A DNA stretch of 64,000 bases, taken from contig OY970209.1 in assembly GCA_963713855.1 (NCBI GenBank), forward strand, positions 1,408,001 to 1,472,000, written 5' to 3'. The stretch is from an uncultured bacterium (GTDB lineage: Bacteria; Babelota; Babeliae; Babelales; Babelaceae). The position numbers and the translations under genes are program-made. Shown piece by piece: positions 40,822 through 50,567 of this stretch (position 1 is its first letter; every line of letters starts with the position of its first letter). The notes under the pieces were generated by a model. The model ran no database searches. It was given only the letters and a program-made list of their open reading frames with translations, and was not told the DNA's origin.

Positions 40822-41574
40822 ATGACAGTCTTAGTAACGGGTATTGCGCTGCTCATACTTTATTTATTCGGTATGATAGTTCTTGTCACCTATAAGGGTG
40901 ATACAAGTATTGCTAATTTTACCTGGGGCGGAGGCGTGCTGCTTGTAGCGGTTTATTCCTTTTTTACGCTAAGTCAGATGGGACCGCGACAGATACTGAT
41001 TACTACTATGACAGTACTCTGGGCGTTGCGTTTAATTGTTTACCTCTACGTTCGCTACACTGGTAAAGATCCCCGATTTACGGCTTGGAAATGGCAAGGA
41101 TTAAAGGCGCTTTTGATTAATACCGTTTGGGTGCTTGGGCAAGGCGTTATGATTGCTCTCATGAGTATTCCTGCATTAATAGTCAATACAAGCTCAGTAA
41201 ATCACTTAGGACCTCTTGACGTTCTCGGAGCGGCTTTATGGTTTGTTGGCTTTCTTTATGAGGCTATGAGCGATTACCAGTTATTTACCTTCATGCATAA
41301 TCCTGCCAATAAGGCCCACGTTATGCAGTCTGGTCTTTGGAGATATTCTCGTCACCCTAATTATTTTGGTGAAGTTGTTATGTGGTGGGGTATGTACCTC
41401 ATTGCTTTATCGGTGCCCTATGGCTATATCGCCATCATAGCTCCGATTACTATTACCTTTCTAATCTTATTCGTAACGGGCGTTCCTATGGCTGAAAGGC
41501 CATTTTCTAAAAACCCGGAATATCAGGAATATAAGCGCAGAACGAGCGCGTTTATCCCTTGGTTTTTAAAATGA
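40822..41574 (+). CDS. DUF1295 (steroid 5-alpha reductase-like) membrane protein
   Basis: DPRF, SDYQL..F, SGLWRYSRHPNYFGE..MWWG, Y.EYKRRTSAFIPW. Confidence 0.9.
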   Translation: MTVLVTGIALLILYLFGMIVLVTYKGDTSIANFTWGGGVLLVAVYSFFTLSQMGPRQILITTMTVLWALRLIVYLYVRYTGKDPRFTAWKWQGLKALLINTVWVLGQGVMIALMSIPALIVNTSSVNHLGPLDVLGAALWFVGFLYEAMSDYQLFTFMHNPANKAHVMQSGLWRYSRHPNYFGEVVMWWGMYLIALSVPYGYIAIIAPITITFLILFVTGVPMAERPFSKNPEYQEYKRRTSAFIPWFLK

Positions 41575-41577
41575 ATT

Positions 41578-41790
41578 TCAACGAATTTTCGTTAATGCGG
41601 AGCCTTTATGCATGGCTAAGTGATCAGTTTTATCACTCTTAATTAAATACTGTGGCTCCTCCTTTGAAGCGTGAACAATGTAATTTTTAAACAGTATTTG
41701 GGATGTTATTTTTTTCTTAATGACTCCGGAAACTCGGCCAGCCTCCGAGTTCCACTCTACGTGGTCGCCGACCTTAAATTCTTTTGCCAT
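41578..41790 (-). CDS. DUF2945 / Hva1 Tudor-like small protein
   Basis: FKVGDHVEWNSEAG, ASKEEPQYLIKSDKTDHLAMHK. Confidence 0.85.
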   Translation of the reverse strand: MAKEFKVGDHVEWNSEAGRVSGVIKKKITSQILFKNYIVHASKEEPQYLIKSDKTDHLAMHKGSALTKIR

Positions 41791-41859
41791 ACTCTTTACC
41801 TAGTACCTAAAAAACCTGTAATGCTATAAAGTACCTTATGCAGAGTGTGAGATGTAAGC

Positions 41860-42411
41860 ATGACTCAAAGCAAGCAAAAAATTACCGTTTTTACCATAGG
41901 CCATTCAACGCGCTCTTTGGAGCAGTTTATTGAGCTTATAAAGCACTATGGCATTAAGCACGTTATAGACATCCGAACAATTGCTAGATCCCGCTTTAAC
42001 CCGCAATTTAATGAAGAAACGCTTCCAAAATCTCTTAAATCTAAAGGGATCAGCTACACTCACATGAAAGAGCTTGGTGGTCTTCGCCATGCATCTCCCG
42101 ATTCGATAAATACTGGTTGGCATAACGCTTCATTTCGCGGGTATGCTGACTACATGCAAACGGACGCATTTGCTAAAGGTATAGATCTACTTATCAAGTA
42201 CGCTTTACATGATCAAATAGTGATAATGTGTGCAGAAGCTGTACCTTGGCGCTGCCACAGATCACTTATAGCAGATGCCCTTCTTGTTAGAGGCATTGAT
42301 GTTGAAGATATATTCTCGCAAACCTCTGTTAAACCACACAAGCTCACACCATGGGCCCAAGTTCATGGACACACTATTACGTATCCCGAAAGTGACGAGC
42401 CTAAAAGTTAA
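41860..42411 (+). CDS. DUF488 family protein
   Basis: FTIGHSTR, DIR....SR.NPQFN, LGGLR, MCAEAVPWRCHRSLIAD. Confidence 0.92.
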   Translation: MTQSKQKITVFTIGHSTRSLEQFIELIKHYGIKHVIDIRTIARSRFNPQFNEETLPKSLKSKGISYTHMKELGGLRHASPDSINTGWHNASFRGYADYMQTDAFAKGIDLLIKYALHDQIVIMCAEAVPWRCHRSLIADALLVRGIDVEDIFSQTSVKPHKLTPWAQVHGHTITYPESDEPKS

Positions 42412-43291
42412 TGTTCAGTGACGCCCAAAGTGTAACGATATATTTATTTCCAAACACCTTTGGCTTGTGGTCATAACCGTATGAAATATCGAATAATAAC
42501 CTGCTTGGCAGATCGTTGATAAAGAATTTATATTTGTACACGGCGTAAAAGTTACTTCTCAGGTAGTTAGCTTTTTCTGTAATGTCATCAAGGTGTGGAT
42601 GAACGCGGGCTCCAAAACGAGCGCGCGCTGTATACCCTGCCTCAATGCCTTGATTTTCCCAATTGTGTTTATAGGCAAAAAACAAGTCTCCGACATTTCC
42701 AAGGGTAAAAAGATGATCTTTTTCTGTGGTATCTCTGCCATGTCTGGAAATAAAGCGAATGTATCGTGCACCGTATAAAAAGGCGCTCGTCTGTTGTGAT
42801 CCGTAAAAACCGTCAAGTTGTACACCAAAGCCAACTTGGCTGTAGCCAAAATCGGTGTGCTGTAGTCTCAACAGCCTATGTGTTGGAATTCCGACTAACC
42901 CTGATATCGTCACGTCTGCTTTTTTATTGAGGATAAAATTGTGTCCTACTGTAAAAAGAATATCATCAGCTTCGGTGTCTGAAAAGGTACTTCCATTAGG
43001 CTCATGCTCTTTTATATGCGAGAACGCAAAATCAATACGAAAATAATTATGACCAAAGTCATAAATATAGGATCCCAAGCTTCCTAAAAAATTTTGACGG
43101 GTGCCATCGTGCTTTTTTCGAAATTGGTCAAAGGGCAAGATGACAGCCATATGAGGTTTTTCTTCCGTCTTTTCAAAGATGGGCTGCTTTGTAATTTGCG
43201 CGATGCGAAAGTTATATACCATCGATACTGCCAAAAGATTTGCGTGCGGCAGCGTGCTTAAAAGTATAGCACATAATATGAATTGCTTCAT
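42401..43291 (-). CDS. Putative outer-membrane beta-barrel protein
   Basis: Signal peptide, aromatic amphipathic strands, C-terminal Phe (WASLNINF). Confidence 0.6.
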   Translation of the reverse strand: MKQFILCAILLSTLPHANLLAVSMVYNFRIAQITKQPIFEKTEEKPHMAVILPFDQFRKKHDGTRQNFLGSLGSYIYDFGHNYFRIDFAFSHIKEHEPNGSTFSDTEADDILFTVGHNFILNKKADVTISGLVGIPTHRLLRLQHTDFGYSQVGFGVQLDGFYGSQQTSAFLYGARYIRFISRHGRDTTEKDHLFTLGNVGDLFFAYKHNWENQGIEAGYTARARFGARVHPHLDDITEKANYLRSNFYAVYKYKFFINDLPSRLLFDISYGYDHKPKVFGNKYIVTLWASLNINF

Positions 43292-43554
43292 TAATAACCC
43301 TTTTGAGCGCACTTGTTTAATCCTAGATTTAATAAGCTAAAAGCCAACAAGCTTAAATATTGACGCCCGTAATTCCTCAATTTTGTACAAATCATAAACT
43401 AGAGTTACATTATTGTACAAAATCTCTCGCAATGGTTTATGGTTAGGTTTAGCAAAAGCCATAGCGACATATTTTACCCAGAAAGTATTCTCAAAATGAT
43501 TTAATTCTGGTAATATGAGGTTAGAAATCTCATATTGCAAGGAAAAATGAGATC

Positions 43555-44697
43555 ATGTTTAACAGATTGCTGAATTTGCCTCTTAAATCAAAGACGAGCA
43601 TTTTTCTATTTGGCCCTCGAGGTACAGGTAAGACTTCATGGCTCAAGAGCCATTTGCCAGAAGCTGTCTATCTTGACCTTCTTGATTTTAATACCTACAG
43701 TTTTCTTTCCGCAAATCCTACTAGACTTGAGCAGTTTATTCCTCCGCTCTATAATGACTGGATCATTATAGATGAGGTTCAGCGTGTACCGGAGCTACTC
43801 AATGAGGTACACCGCCTCATTGAAAGCAAGAGGTATCGTTTTATACTTACAGGTTCTAGTGCTCGAAGTTTGCGGCGCAAGGGCGTAAATCTGTTAGCTG
43901 GCAGAGCTTTTAAATATCATATGCACCCTCTCACTATTCAAGAAATTGGTAACGTTTTTAACCTCACTCATTCGCTTCAGTATGGCCTCTTGCCGATGGC
44001 TGTGACTGGTGAACATCCTAAACAATATTTAGAAAATTATGTGCAGACCTACCTTCGTGAGGAAGTTATTCAGGAAGGAATTACGAGGAATATTGGTGCG
44101 TTCAATCGTTTTTTGGAAATAGCAAGTTTCTCTCAAGGAAATGTACTCACAATGACGGAAATCGGGCGCGAATTGGCCCTTAGCAGATTTACCGTCGCTA
44201 ATTACTTTGCAATTCTTGAGGATTTGCTGATAGGTATCAGAATCCCGCCTTTTATGGAACGCGCCAAGCGCAGAATGGTAGCTCATGAAAAGTTTTACTT
44301 TTTCGATACGGGTGTATATCGCACCATACGTCCCATGAGGCCACTAGACACTCATGAAGAAGCTGATGGAGCAGCGTTAGAGACACTCTTTTTGCAATCT
44401 GTCAGGGCTATCAACGATTATCTGGAGCTAGGTTATGGAATATACTTTTGGAGAACTTCATCTGGAAGCGAGGTAGATTTTATTCTCTACGGTCCACGTG
44501 GCTTACATGCATTCGAAATTAAGCGATCGCCACGTGTAACAAACAAGGAACTCAGAGGATTACGCTCTTTTGGAGAAGATTACCCAAGTGCAAAGTTGCA
44601 TCTGCTTTTTATGAGCGCACAAAAAGAATATCATAGCTCCATTATTGCAAGACCTTTTGAAGCTGCTTTAAAAGAGTTACCTGAACTTCTTAGGTAA
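43555..44697 (+). CDS. AAA+ ATPase (AAA_14) with DUF4143 and C-terminal nuclease-like motif
   Basis: GPRGTGKT, IIIDEVQ, LTGSSAR, LAGRA, KFYFFDTG, FWRT..G.EVDF...FEIK. Confidence 0.92.
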   Translation: MFNRLLNLPLKSKTSIFLFGPRGTGKTSWLKSHLPEAVYLDLLDFNTYSFLSANPTRLEQFIPPLYNDWIIIDEVQRVPELLNEVHRLIESKRYRFILTGSSARSLRRKGVNLLAGRAFKYHMHPLTIQEIGNVFNLTHSLQYGLLPMAVTGEHPKQYLENYVQTYLREEVIQEGITRNIGAFNRFLEIASFSQGNVLTMTEIGRELALSRFTVANYFAILEDLLIGIRIPPFMERAKRRMVAHEKFYFFDTGVYRTIRPMRPLDTHEEADGAALETLFLQSVRAINDYLELGYGIYFWRTSSGSEVDFILYGPRGLHAFEIKRSPRVTNKELRGLRSFGEDYPSAKLHLLFMSAQKEYHSSIIARPFEAALKELPELLR

Positions 44698-44904
44698 GAG
44701 AGCCAACTTCAAACTCAGAATTTACCCGAGGGCAAATAATCATCTCAAACATAAAAAACGAGCGTTTATAAAAAGGCTCGTTTCACTTGTCATGATCTTG
44801 ATTTGTTTTAAGTAAAATATTGACTATTTTAACATGTTTGTATTAAAGTAGAGAGTAATTGAAACAAACTAAAAATTGCTCTTTCTGCTAAAGGAGAAAT
44901 CTTA

Positions 44905-46344
44905 ATGAGCCGGCTGAGAAAGAAACACTTAATCATTTTTACTCTTTGTCTTGTGGCATCCGGTTATATTGATGGTATGGAAAAGAAGAAATATTCACCT
45001 AAGGCAACTAAGGAATTAATTATTGCTGTTGAAGGTGGGGATCTTGAGGCAGCTAAAGCAGCGTTTGAGCAGGGAGGTGACCCTAATGCCCAGTTACCAA
45101 TTTTCCTGCCCGGCATGCAGGGATTGAGAGAACTCCCACGCTTTTACCTTAAATTTGGATTTAACCTTCTAGAGTACGCTATTGCGACCGGTAATTTACC
45201 AATGGCTCGCTTTCTGGCTAGACATGCGACCTTTAATCCTCACAAATTCGAAAAACTTGGGCTAGGAAACCTTTTAAATCTTGCGGTTCAATCAGGCAAT
45301 CTTGACATGGTACAATGGGTACTAGGGGAAGGCGCCGAAGTACTCGCACCGAGCGGTTTTTATCGTGATAGGCCCATTGATATGGCTCTTATCTATGGTC
45401 ATCCACATCTAATTAGCTATCTGAGGTCACAAGGTGCTTACATACCGGGGGGCCCTAGGGATCTAATCGCGCAAATCATTGAAGAATCCCTCCGCGTGGG
45501 AAGAACGGAAGAAAGTATCATTGAAAGCGTCGAACTTGCTCTTGAAAATGGTTATGACATCAATGCTCCTTTGCTACGTTTGTTTCGTCCCTTAGTCCTT
45601 GGTATCGAGGCTGGCCTCAATAATCTTGTTCAACTTCTCGTTGAACAAGGTGCGACACTTACTAATTCAGTAAGAAAAATTCTCAAAGACAAAAACATAA
45701 AAAGTATCTTTAATAACACTCTTCTAGATGCGATTGCGTTCGGGTATAAAGACACAGTTTTAGTTTTACTTGCAGAACTAAAGAGTAAGGAGAAGTTGAG
45801 CAATAGTGAGATACTGCTCATCCGCCGCGCTTTAAATCTTGCATCAGCGCAAGGTTTTGAAGAGATTGTCGTAGAACTTTTAGCTCATTTTAGTAATTAT
45901 CTAAACAGAGAAACTATTGGCCGGTCACTCTATCTAGCCACGAGAAACGGTCATCTAAATGTGGTCCAAGATCTCTTTGAAAGTCAAAGTGGTTCGATTC
46001 AGCACAATTCTTTAGATTGGAGACCATACTTAGCAAGAGCTTTGCGTGCCGCAATCTTAAGAAGCCAAACCAACTCAGAGATTCTTAGTTTTTTTCTTAC
46101 CAACGATTTTCTTTACAATTTAGGAATCCCTATTGATGCGGTTGACCAAATAAGGGATATGGTTAATGACCCCCATATTACGATGGAAAACAGACAGTAC
46201 CTTGAGGAACTACTGGCGACCTTGACACGCCATCAGCGTGCAGTGGGACTTAGGGAGGCTGAGCTACTCGCACAACAAGAAACCAGTTTGATTAGAACAT
46301 TACCTGAATCAGTTTTAAGTAGAGTCGTCGGCTATCTCCATTAA
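44905..46344 (+). CDS. Exported ankyrin-repeat protein with C-terminal F-box-like motif
   Basis: Multiple ankyrin repeats; ends LIRTLPESVLSRVVGYLH; signal peptide then ME. Confidence 0.85.
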   Translation: MSRLRKKHLIIFTLCLVASGYIDGMEKKKYSPKATKELIIAVEGGDLEAAKAAFEQGGDPNAQLPIFLPGMQGLRELPRFYLKFGFNLLEYAIATGNLPMARFLARHATFNPHKFEKLGLGNLLNLAVQSGNLDMVQWVLGEGAEVLAPSGFYRDRPIDMALIYGHPHLISYLRSQGAYIPGGPRDLIAQIIEESLRVGRTEESIIESVELALENGYDINAPLLRLFRPLVLGIEAGLNNLVQLLVEQGATLTNSVRKILKDKNIKSIFNNTLLDAIAFGYKDTVLVLLAELKSKEKLSNSEILLIRRALNLASAQGFEEIVVELLAHFSNYLNRETIGRSLYLATRNGHLNVVQDLFESQSGSIQHNSLDWRPYLARALRAAILRSQTNSEILSFFLTNDFLYNLGIPIDAVDQIRDMVNDPHITMENRQYLEELLATLTRHQRAVGLREAELLAQQETSLIRTLPESVLSRVVGYLH

Positions 46345-46489
46345 CTTCCTAGGGCTATCTCGATCCCCGCTCTTTGGATGACTATGCGCTTGCAGTTGAT
46401 TTGCTGGCATTACGATTCTGAGAATTAGCCCCAATGTTAAGCTGAAAATTCAAGTTATATAAGAAAGAATATAACGGTTAATGATTGCT

Positions 46490-46522
46490 CTCTGGGGATG
46501 ACGCTAGACGTCATCCCCAGAG
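46490..46522. terminator. Hairpin between convergent genes
   Basis: CTCTGGGGATGACG-CTAGA-CGTCATCCCCAGAG, perfect 14 bp stem. Confidence 0.78.
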
Positions 46523-46556
46523 CAGATCCCTTTATAGAGCTTATTTGAACTATTTC

Positions 46557-48653
46557 CTAATCTGCAGATGCATTACTTAGAGGTTCTCTTTGCAAGAAAT
46601 CTCTAAGAAGGAGTGTAGGATGCTTGCTGCCGCCTTTACTTAGAATGGTATTTCTATAACGCTTTCCTGTTTCTACGTTATCGATTCCTTGCTCTTTTAT
46701 ATACTTAAATAGATCGCGGGCATATTCTTGCGCCCAAGCGTATCCATAATAGCGTGAGCCATAAACACCAAGATGCAAGAAGGCTGATTCAAGGTGTTCA
46801 TCTTGCGAAGTCTGCTTATGTGGACAGTATTTTTGTTGCATAGAAAGCATAATCGAATGGGCACTCTGACTTGCGCTACGCTTAAATAACTGAAGTGAAG
46901 TTTGGGCAAAAACAAGCTGTCGTCTTACAAAATCTATGTCATCGATCTCTTTAAGAGCGATCATTGAATCGATGATTTCATCAGGAAGACTTTCGCCTGT
47001 CTTATAGTGTTTGCTGATGCGCTTTATCATATCTTTTTCCCACATCCACTCTTCAAGCATCTGGGACGGCATCTCGACAAAGTCAATCTTGTCTTTTGTT
47101 CCAGCGAATTTTGCCATTCGCGTATTACTAAATAGTGTGTGAAGAGCATGTCCAAATTCATGGAAAAAGGTTGTAACATTATCGTGCGTCAAGAGAGAAG
47201 GACGGTCAGCCTGCGGTTTTGGAAAGTTTGCCATCACAATCCCTACACTAGGTGATGTCTTACCATCATTTTGCTTTAAAGGATGAATGACAGGTAAATG
47301 GGCAGCGTGTGAATATTTCCCTTCACGCGGAAAAAGATCAAGTATGATATATCCAAGGAAAGTGCCGTCTCCTTCGCTTGCTTCTAGAACAATTGTATCT
47401 TTATTCCAAGGCATTGAGTAATCAAGTCTTTTTAGTTGAATACCGAAAAACGACTCATAGAGCTCAAGAAGAACTTTGAGCGTGTAATCTGCCGGGAAAT
47501 ATTCTGCAATCTTTTGGTGATCGATATTATAATGCTTTTTTCGATAGGTATTTTTAATCAAAGTCCAGTCCCAGGGTTTAAAAATGCCTTGTTCTGTTAA
47601 TGCTATCCCCTTGGGAAGATTGGCCTTGTAGATCTTAAGAAGCTCATCCATTTTCTCACGGGTTTTTATATCTAAGCGGTCAAGAAACTTTTCCACCACT
47701 TCTGGAGACTGTGCCATCTCATCCTCAAGCTCATAGTGAGCGGTGGTTTTATACCCAAATAGGTGAGAAAGCTTTTCTTGAGCCTCTCTTAAATCCTCGA
47801 GCACCTTATCGTTAACGGGCCAGGCGTGAGTAGCATATGCAGCCCACAAGGCCTTACGAGTAGCTTCTACCGTGCAATTTTGAAAGACGGGAACGGACGT
47901 TGATGAGCCGATTCCCACTTTACAGAGGCCTTCAGGCGTTCGTTCCAGACCCTTTATAAAATCTTCAGGCATGCCTGCTAGCTGGCTTTCTGTAACGCAG
48001 ATATGCTTCTTTGCATCTTCATTAATATTAAGGCCAAAACTTACCTTAAGTTTGCTGATTTTTTTTCTTAGCGCTTGAGCTTGCTTTCGTATACCCTCTG
48101 GAAGCCCCATGCCGCTTTGCTTGTACGCCTTGAGGACTTCCTTGATATAATCGCTTGATTCTTCATCAAGTAACTCGTATTTTCGTGCGCCGAGTTCATA
48201 TCCCTCGAGTGCTTTATAAAGCGACTCATTTTGCGTTATCGCTCCAATCTGAAACTCAATAAAGCGATCGAGCTGCGTCTTACAAATATCCCGTATCGCT
48301 TTATCTTCGCTTAGTTGCAAAAGGGCCGCTATAAGAGAGGATTCAATTTCCAAGTGGTTTGAGGCTTCATCGTATGCTTTAAAAGTATTTTTAAACGTTC
48401 TCTTACTATCTGGAAGTGCAATAATAGTGTCAAGAGCCTTTCGAGTCAGGTCTAACGCGCTATCGGTTCGTTTAATAATGTCTTTTTCTGATGTGGGAAA
48501 TACCTCCATCAGATCATGGACATTTCTTACAACCCGGGGGTTTAAAGAGGGCTTTGCCCTATTACTCGAAATAAAAAAACCCGCCACTAAAATCGGAAAG
48601 GTATAAAGTAAAAGCTTACACATATTTTTCATTGTTCTTGATGTATTGTCCAT
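46557..48653 (-). CDS. M3A metallopeptidase (thimet oligopeptidase/oligopeptidase A-like) with signal-like N-terminus
   Basis: DLFPREGKYSHAA, FFHEFGHALH, DFVEMPSQMLEEW, YYGY.W. Start may be 48632. Confidence 0.93.
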   Translation of the reverse strand: MDNTSRTMKNMCKLLLYTFPILVAGFFISSNRAKPSLNPRVVRNVHDLMEVFPTSEKDIIKRTDSALDLTRKALDTIIALPDSKRTFKNTFKAYDEASNHLEIESSLIAALLQLSEDKAIRDICKTQLDRFIEFQIGAITQNESLYKALEGYELGARKYELLDEESSDYIKEVLKAYKQSGMGLPEGIRKQAQALRKKISKLKVSFGLNINEDAKKHICVTESQLAGMPEDFIKGLERTPEGLCKVGIGSSTSVPVFQNCTVEATRKALWAAYATHAWPVNDKVLEDLREAQEKLSHLFGYKTTAHYELEDEMAQSPEVVEKFLDRLDIKTREKMDELLKIYKANLPKGIALTEQGIFKPWDWTLIKNTYRKKHYNIDHQKIAEYFPADYTLKVLLELYESFFGIQLKRLDYSMPWNKDTIVLEASEGDGTFLGYIILDLFPREGKYSHAAHLPVIHPLKQNDGKTSPSVGIVMANFPKPQADRPSLLTHDNVTTFFHEFGHALHTLFSNTRMAKFAGTKDKIDFVEMPSQMLEEWMWEKDMIKRISKHYKTGESLPDEIIDSMIALKEIDDIDFVRRQLVFAQTSLQLFKRSASQSAHSIMLSMQQKYCPHKQTSQDEHLESAFLHLGVYGSRYYGYAWAQEYARDLFKYIKEQGIDNVETGKRYRNTILSKGGSKHPTLLLRDFLQREPLSNASAD

Positions 48654-48898
48654 GCGCTACTCGGATAAAGGTTTAAAATGATTTTCTGTATTTGACTATA
48701 CCAATAGTAACTTTATTGTCAATAATTTGATAATTATATTTTAAAACTGAATATAAATATCATTATTTTACGACTCGAGTGAGTTAGCACACTATGCAAG
48801 ATAAAATCGTTCTCGTCAACGCTGAGTGCATTTGTTTTGACTTTCCTATTTTATATATTTATAACTGTATAAAACAGACTACCCTTAAGGATATTTTT

Positions 48899-49624
48899 AT
48901 GAAAAAAACGCTCGTAGGTATATTTCTATTGACTAACTTCTGGTGTTTCATCAGTTGCTCCGATGTACAAAACTTCGAGTTAAAAATAATTAATAATTTG
49001 AAAGATGAGCTTGAAGTTGTTATAGCAGATTCAGCTTCTCCGTTTAGGCGTTTGAGATGGACGGTGCCAACCGGAACCTATAAAACGAAACTGGGCGTAA
49101 CTGATCTTAATAAGCCATATCTGCAATATATAAGTGTATCGCAATGCGTAAGTATGGCTGCCAAGCTTTGGTCTTTAGCTCATGGGTATGTCAAAGAGAT
49201 TATTTATGAGGAAAATCTTGTCGAACTGCCAACAACATTTTCAACGTACGGTCCTCTTATTATTGAAATATCTAAAGATAATACTGGAAAGATATTTACA
49301 AGAAGATACTGGGAAAAAACAGCAGACCTATTTCAAAAGACAAATGCTCATTATGCTAAAGAGTACATTAATCTCGAAACATACGAAAAAGGACAAGAAA
49401 CGCCTGACCATCGACCTATCAGATTCTTTGATGAGAATTTAGCAGAACAGTATGAAATTCTCGGCTTAAAACAGGGCAGTACAGAACAAGAAATCAAAAA
49501 AGCCTATCGAAAACTTGTACTTGAATGGCATCCTGATAAACACGAAAACAAAGCTATGGCACAACAGATGATGCAAAAAATTAATCAAGCTTACGAGGCT
49601 CTTTTGGCCTTTCGAAATCAATAG
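48899..49624 (+). CDS. Signal-peptide protein with C-terminal J-domain
   Basis: YEILGL......EIKKAYRKL.LEWHPDK...INQAYEAL; ATG at 48899 behind AAGGA. Confidence 0.88.
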   Translation: MKKTLVGIFLLTNFWCFISCSDVQNFELKIINNLKDELEVVIADSASPFRRLRWTVPTGTYKTKLGVTDLNKPYLQYISVSQCVSMAAKLWSLAHGYVKEIIYEENLVELPTTFSTYGPLIIEISKDNTGKIFTRRYWEKTADLFQKTNAHYAKEYINLETYEKGQETPDHRPIRFFDENLAEQYEILGLKQGSTEQEIKKAYRKLVLEWHPDKHENKAMAQQMMQKINQAYEALLAFRNQ

Positions 49625-49678
49625 GTAAACAAGATTAGCCTTTTTGCGGTGCTATAAAAACAATCATATTTATTCGTT

Positions 49679-50524
49679 TTAGCCTGGTTCCATTGAAAAT
49701 TCGTGCAACCATGGCTCTTTTGAAAGCTGCTCAGCAGTGACTGCTTCACTATTCCTGCCATAAAGCTGTCGTGTATCGATGTATTGAGGTATGTTGTTTT
49801 TGCGTGCACTATCACTAAAGATAATGAACTCATATCTTTTGGTCTCGTCAGTATACGTGAGTCTGTCTAGATACGGGTACTGTATTAGATAAGTACAGTG
49901 GACAAGAGGCACTTCAACGATCCCTTTAACTGTAGAGAGCAATGGAACGTAGCGAAAATCGTCTTGCATGTAGCCCCAAGAATTAACTCCTGCAAAAAAA
50001 TTTGCCCACAACGAGTTATCTGATTTACGAAGAAGTGGCGCTATGATAGGAACATCTGCATCAATAAGAGATTCCAAGGTTGAAGGTTGTATAAAATTAT
50101 CACAATCAGCCGTAAAATAATGAGACTTGTGCGCGATTGCCCACCGTAATGACTCATTTCTCATTTTTCCAAGCACGGACAAACGAAGAGCATTCCACTC
50201 GTGATGGCCATAATCCTGAACGTTTTCAGCAACGTCAACGTCGTTAAAGTAAATACTTTTATAGCGATGGCTAACGCGGTCAATCCATTCTCTCAAAAGT
50301 TCTTTGGTTCTATCAGTATTATTATTTGTTCGAATCCATAGGTGTGTGCGACTTGCCGGCCATGTTTGTCTTTCTATACACTGCAGGTAAAGAGGCAAAC
50401 AATGCGCCTTGTCTTTAGCTAAGATTGCGATAGTTACGGTAACGCCATCAGGATCTGAATTTTCAATTGATGAAAATATTCTGGTATACATCAGTAGCGC
50501 TAAAAGAAATACGATAATCTTCAT
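49679..50524 (-). CDS. Exported GT-A fold glycosyltransferase, COLGALT1/PLOD-like, paralog 1
   Basis: IAILAK..AH.LP, RTNNNTD.T..LLREW, ADCDN (DxD), IIAPLL, NF.A....GY, VP.VH.TYLI. Confidence 0.8.
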   Translation of the reverse strand: MKIIVFLLALLMYTRIFSSIENSDPDGVTVTIAILAKDKAHCLPLYLQCIERQTWPASRTHLWIRTNNNTDRTKELLREWIDRVSHRYKSIYFNDVDVAENVQDYGHHEWNALRLSVLGKMRNESLRWAIAHKSHYFTADCDNFIQPSTLESLIDADVPIIAPLLRKSDNSLWANFFAGVNSWGYMQDDFRYVPLLSTVKGIVEVPLVHCTYLIQYPYLDRLTYTDETKRYEFIIFSDSARKNNIPQYIDTRQLYGRNSEAVTAEQLSKEPWLHEFSMEPG

Positions 50525-50567
50525 GAACACCTCGCGTGCCTTTAAAAACACATTTTGTTTACGTTGC

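Noticed and set aside
43380..43423. Two TTGTACAA palindromes resembling a lambda-type att core
   Set aside because: Short AT-rich words with no tyrosine recombinase nearby.
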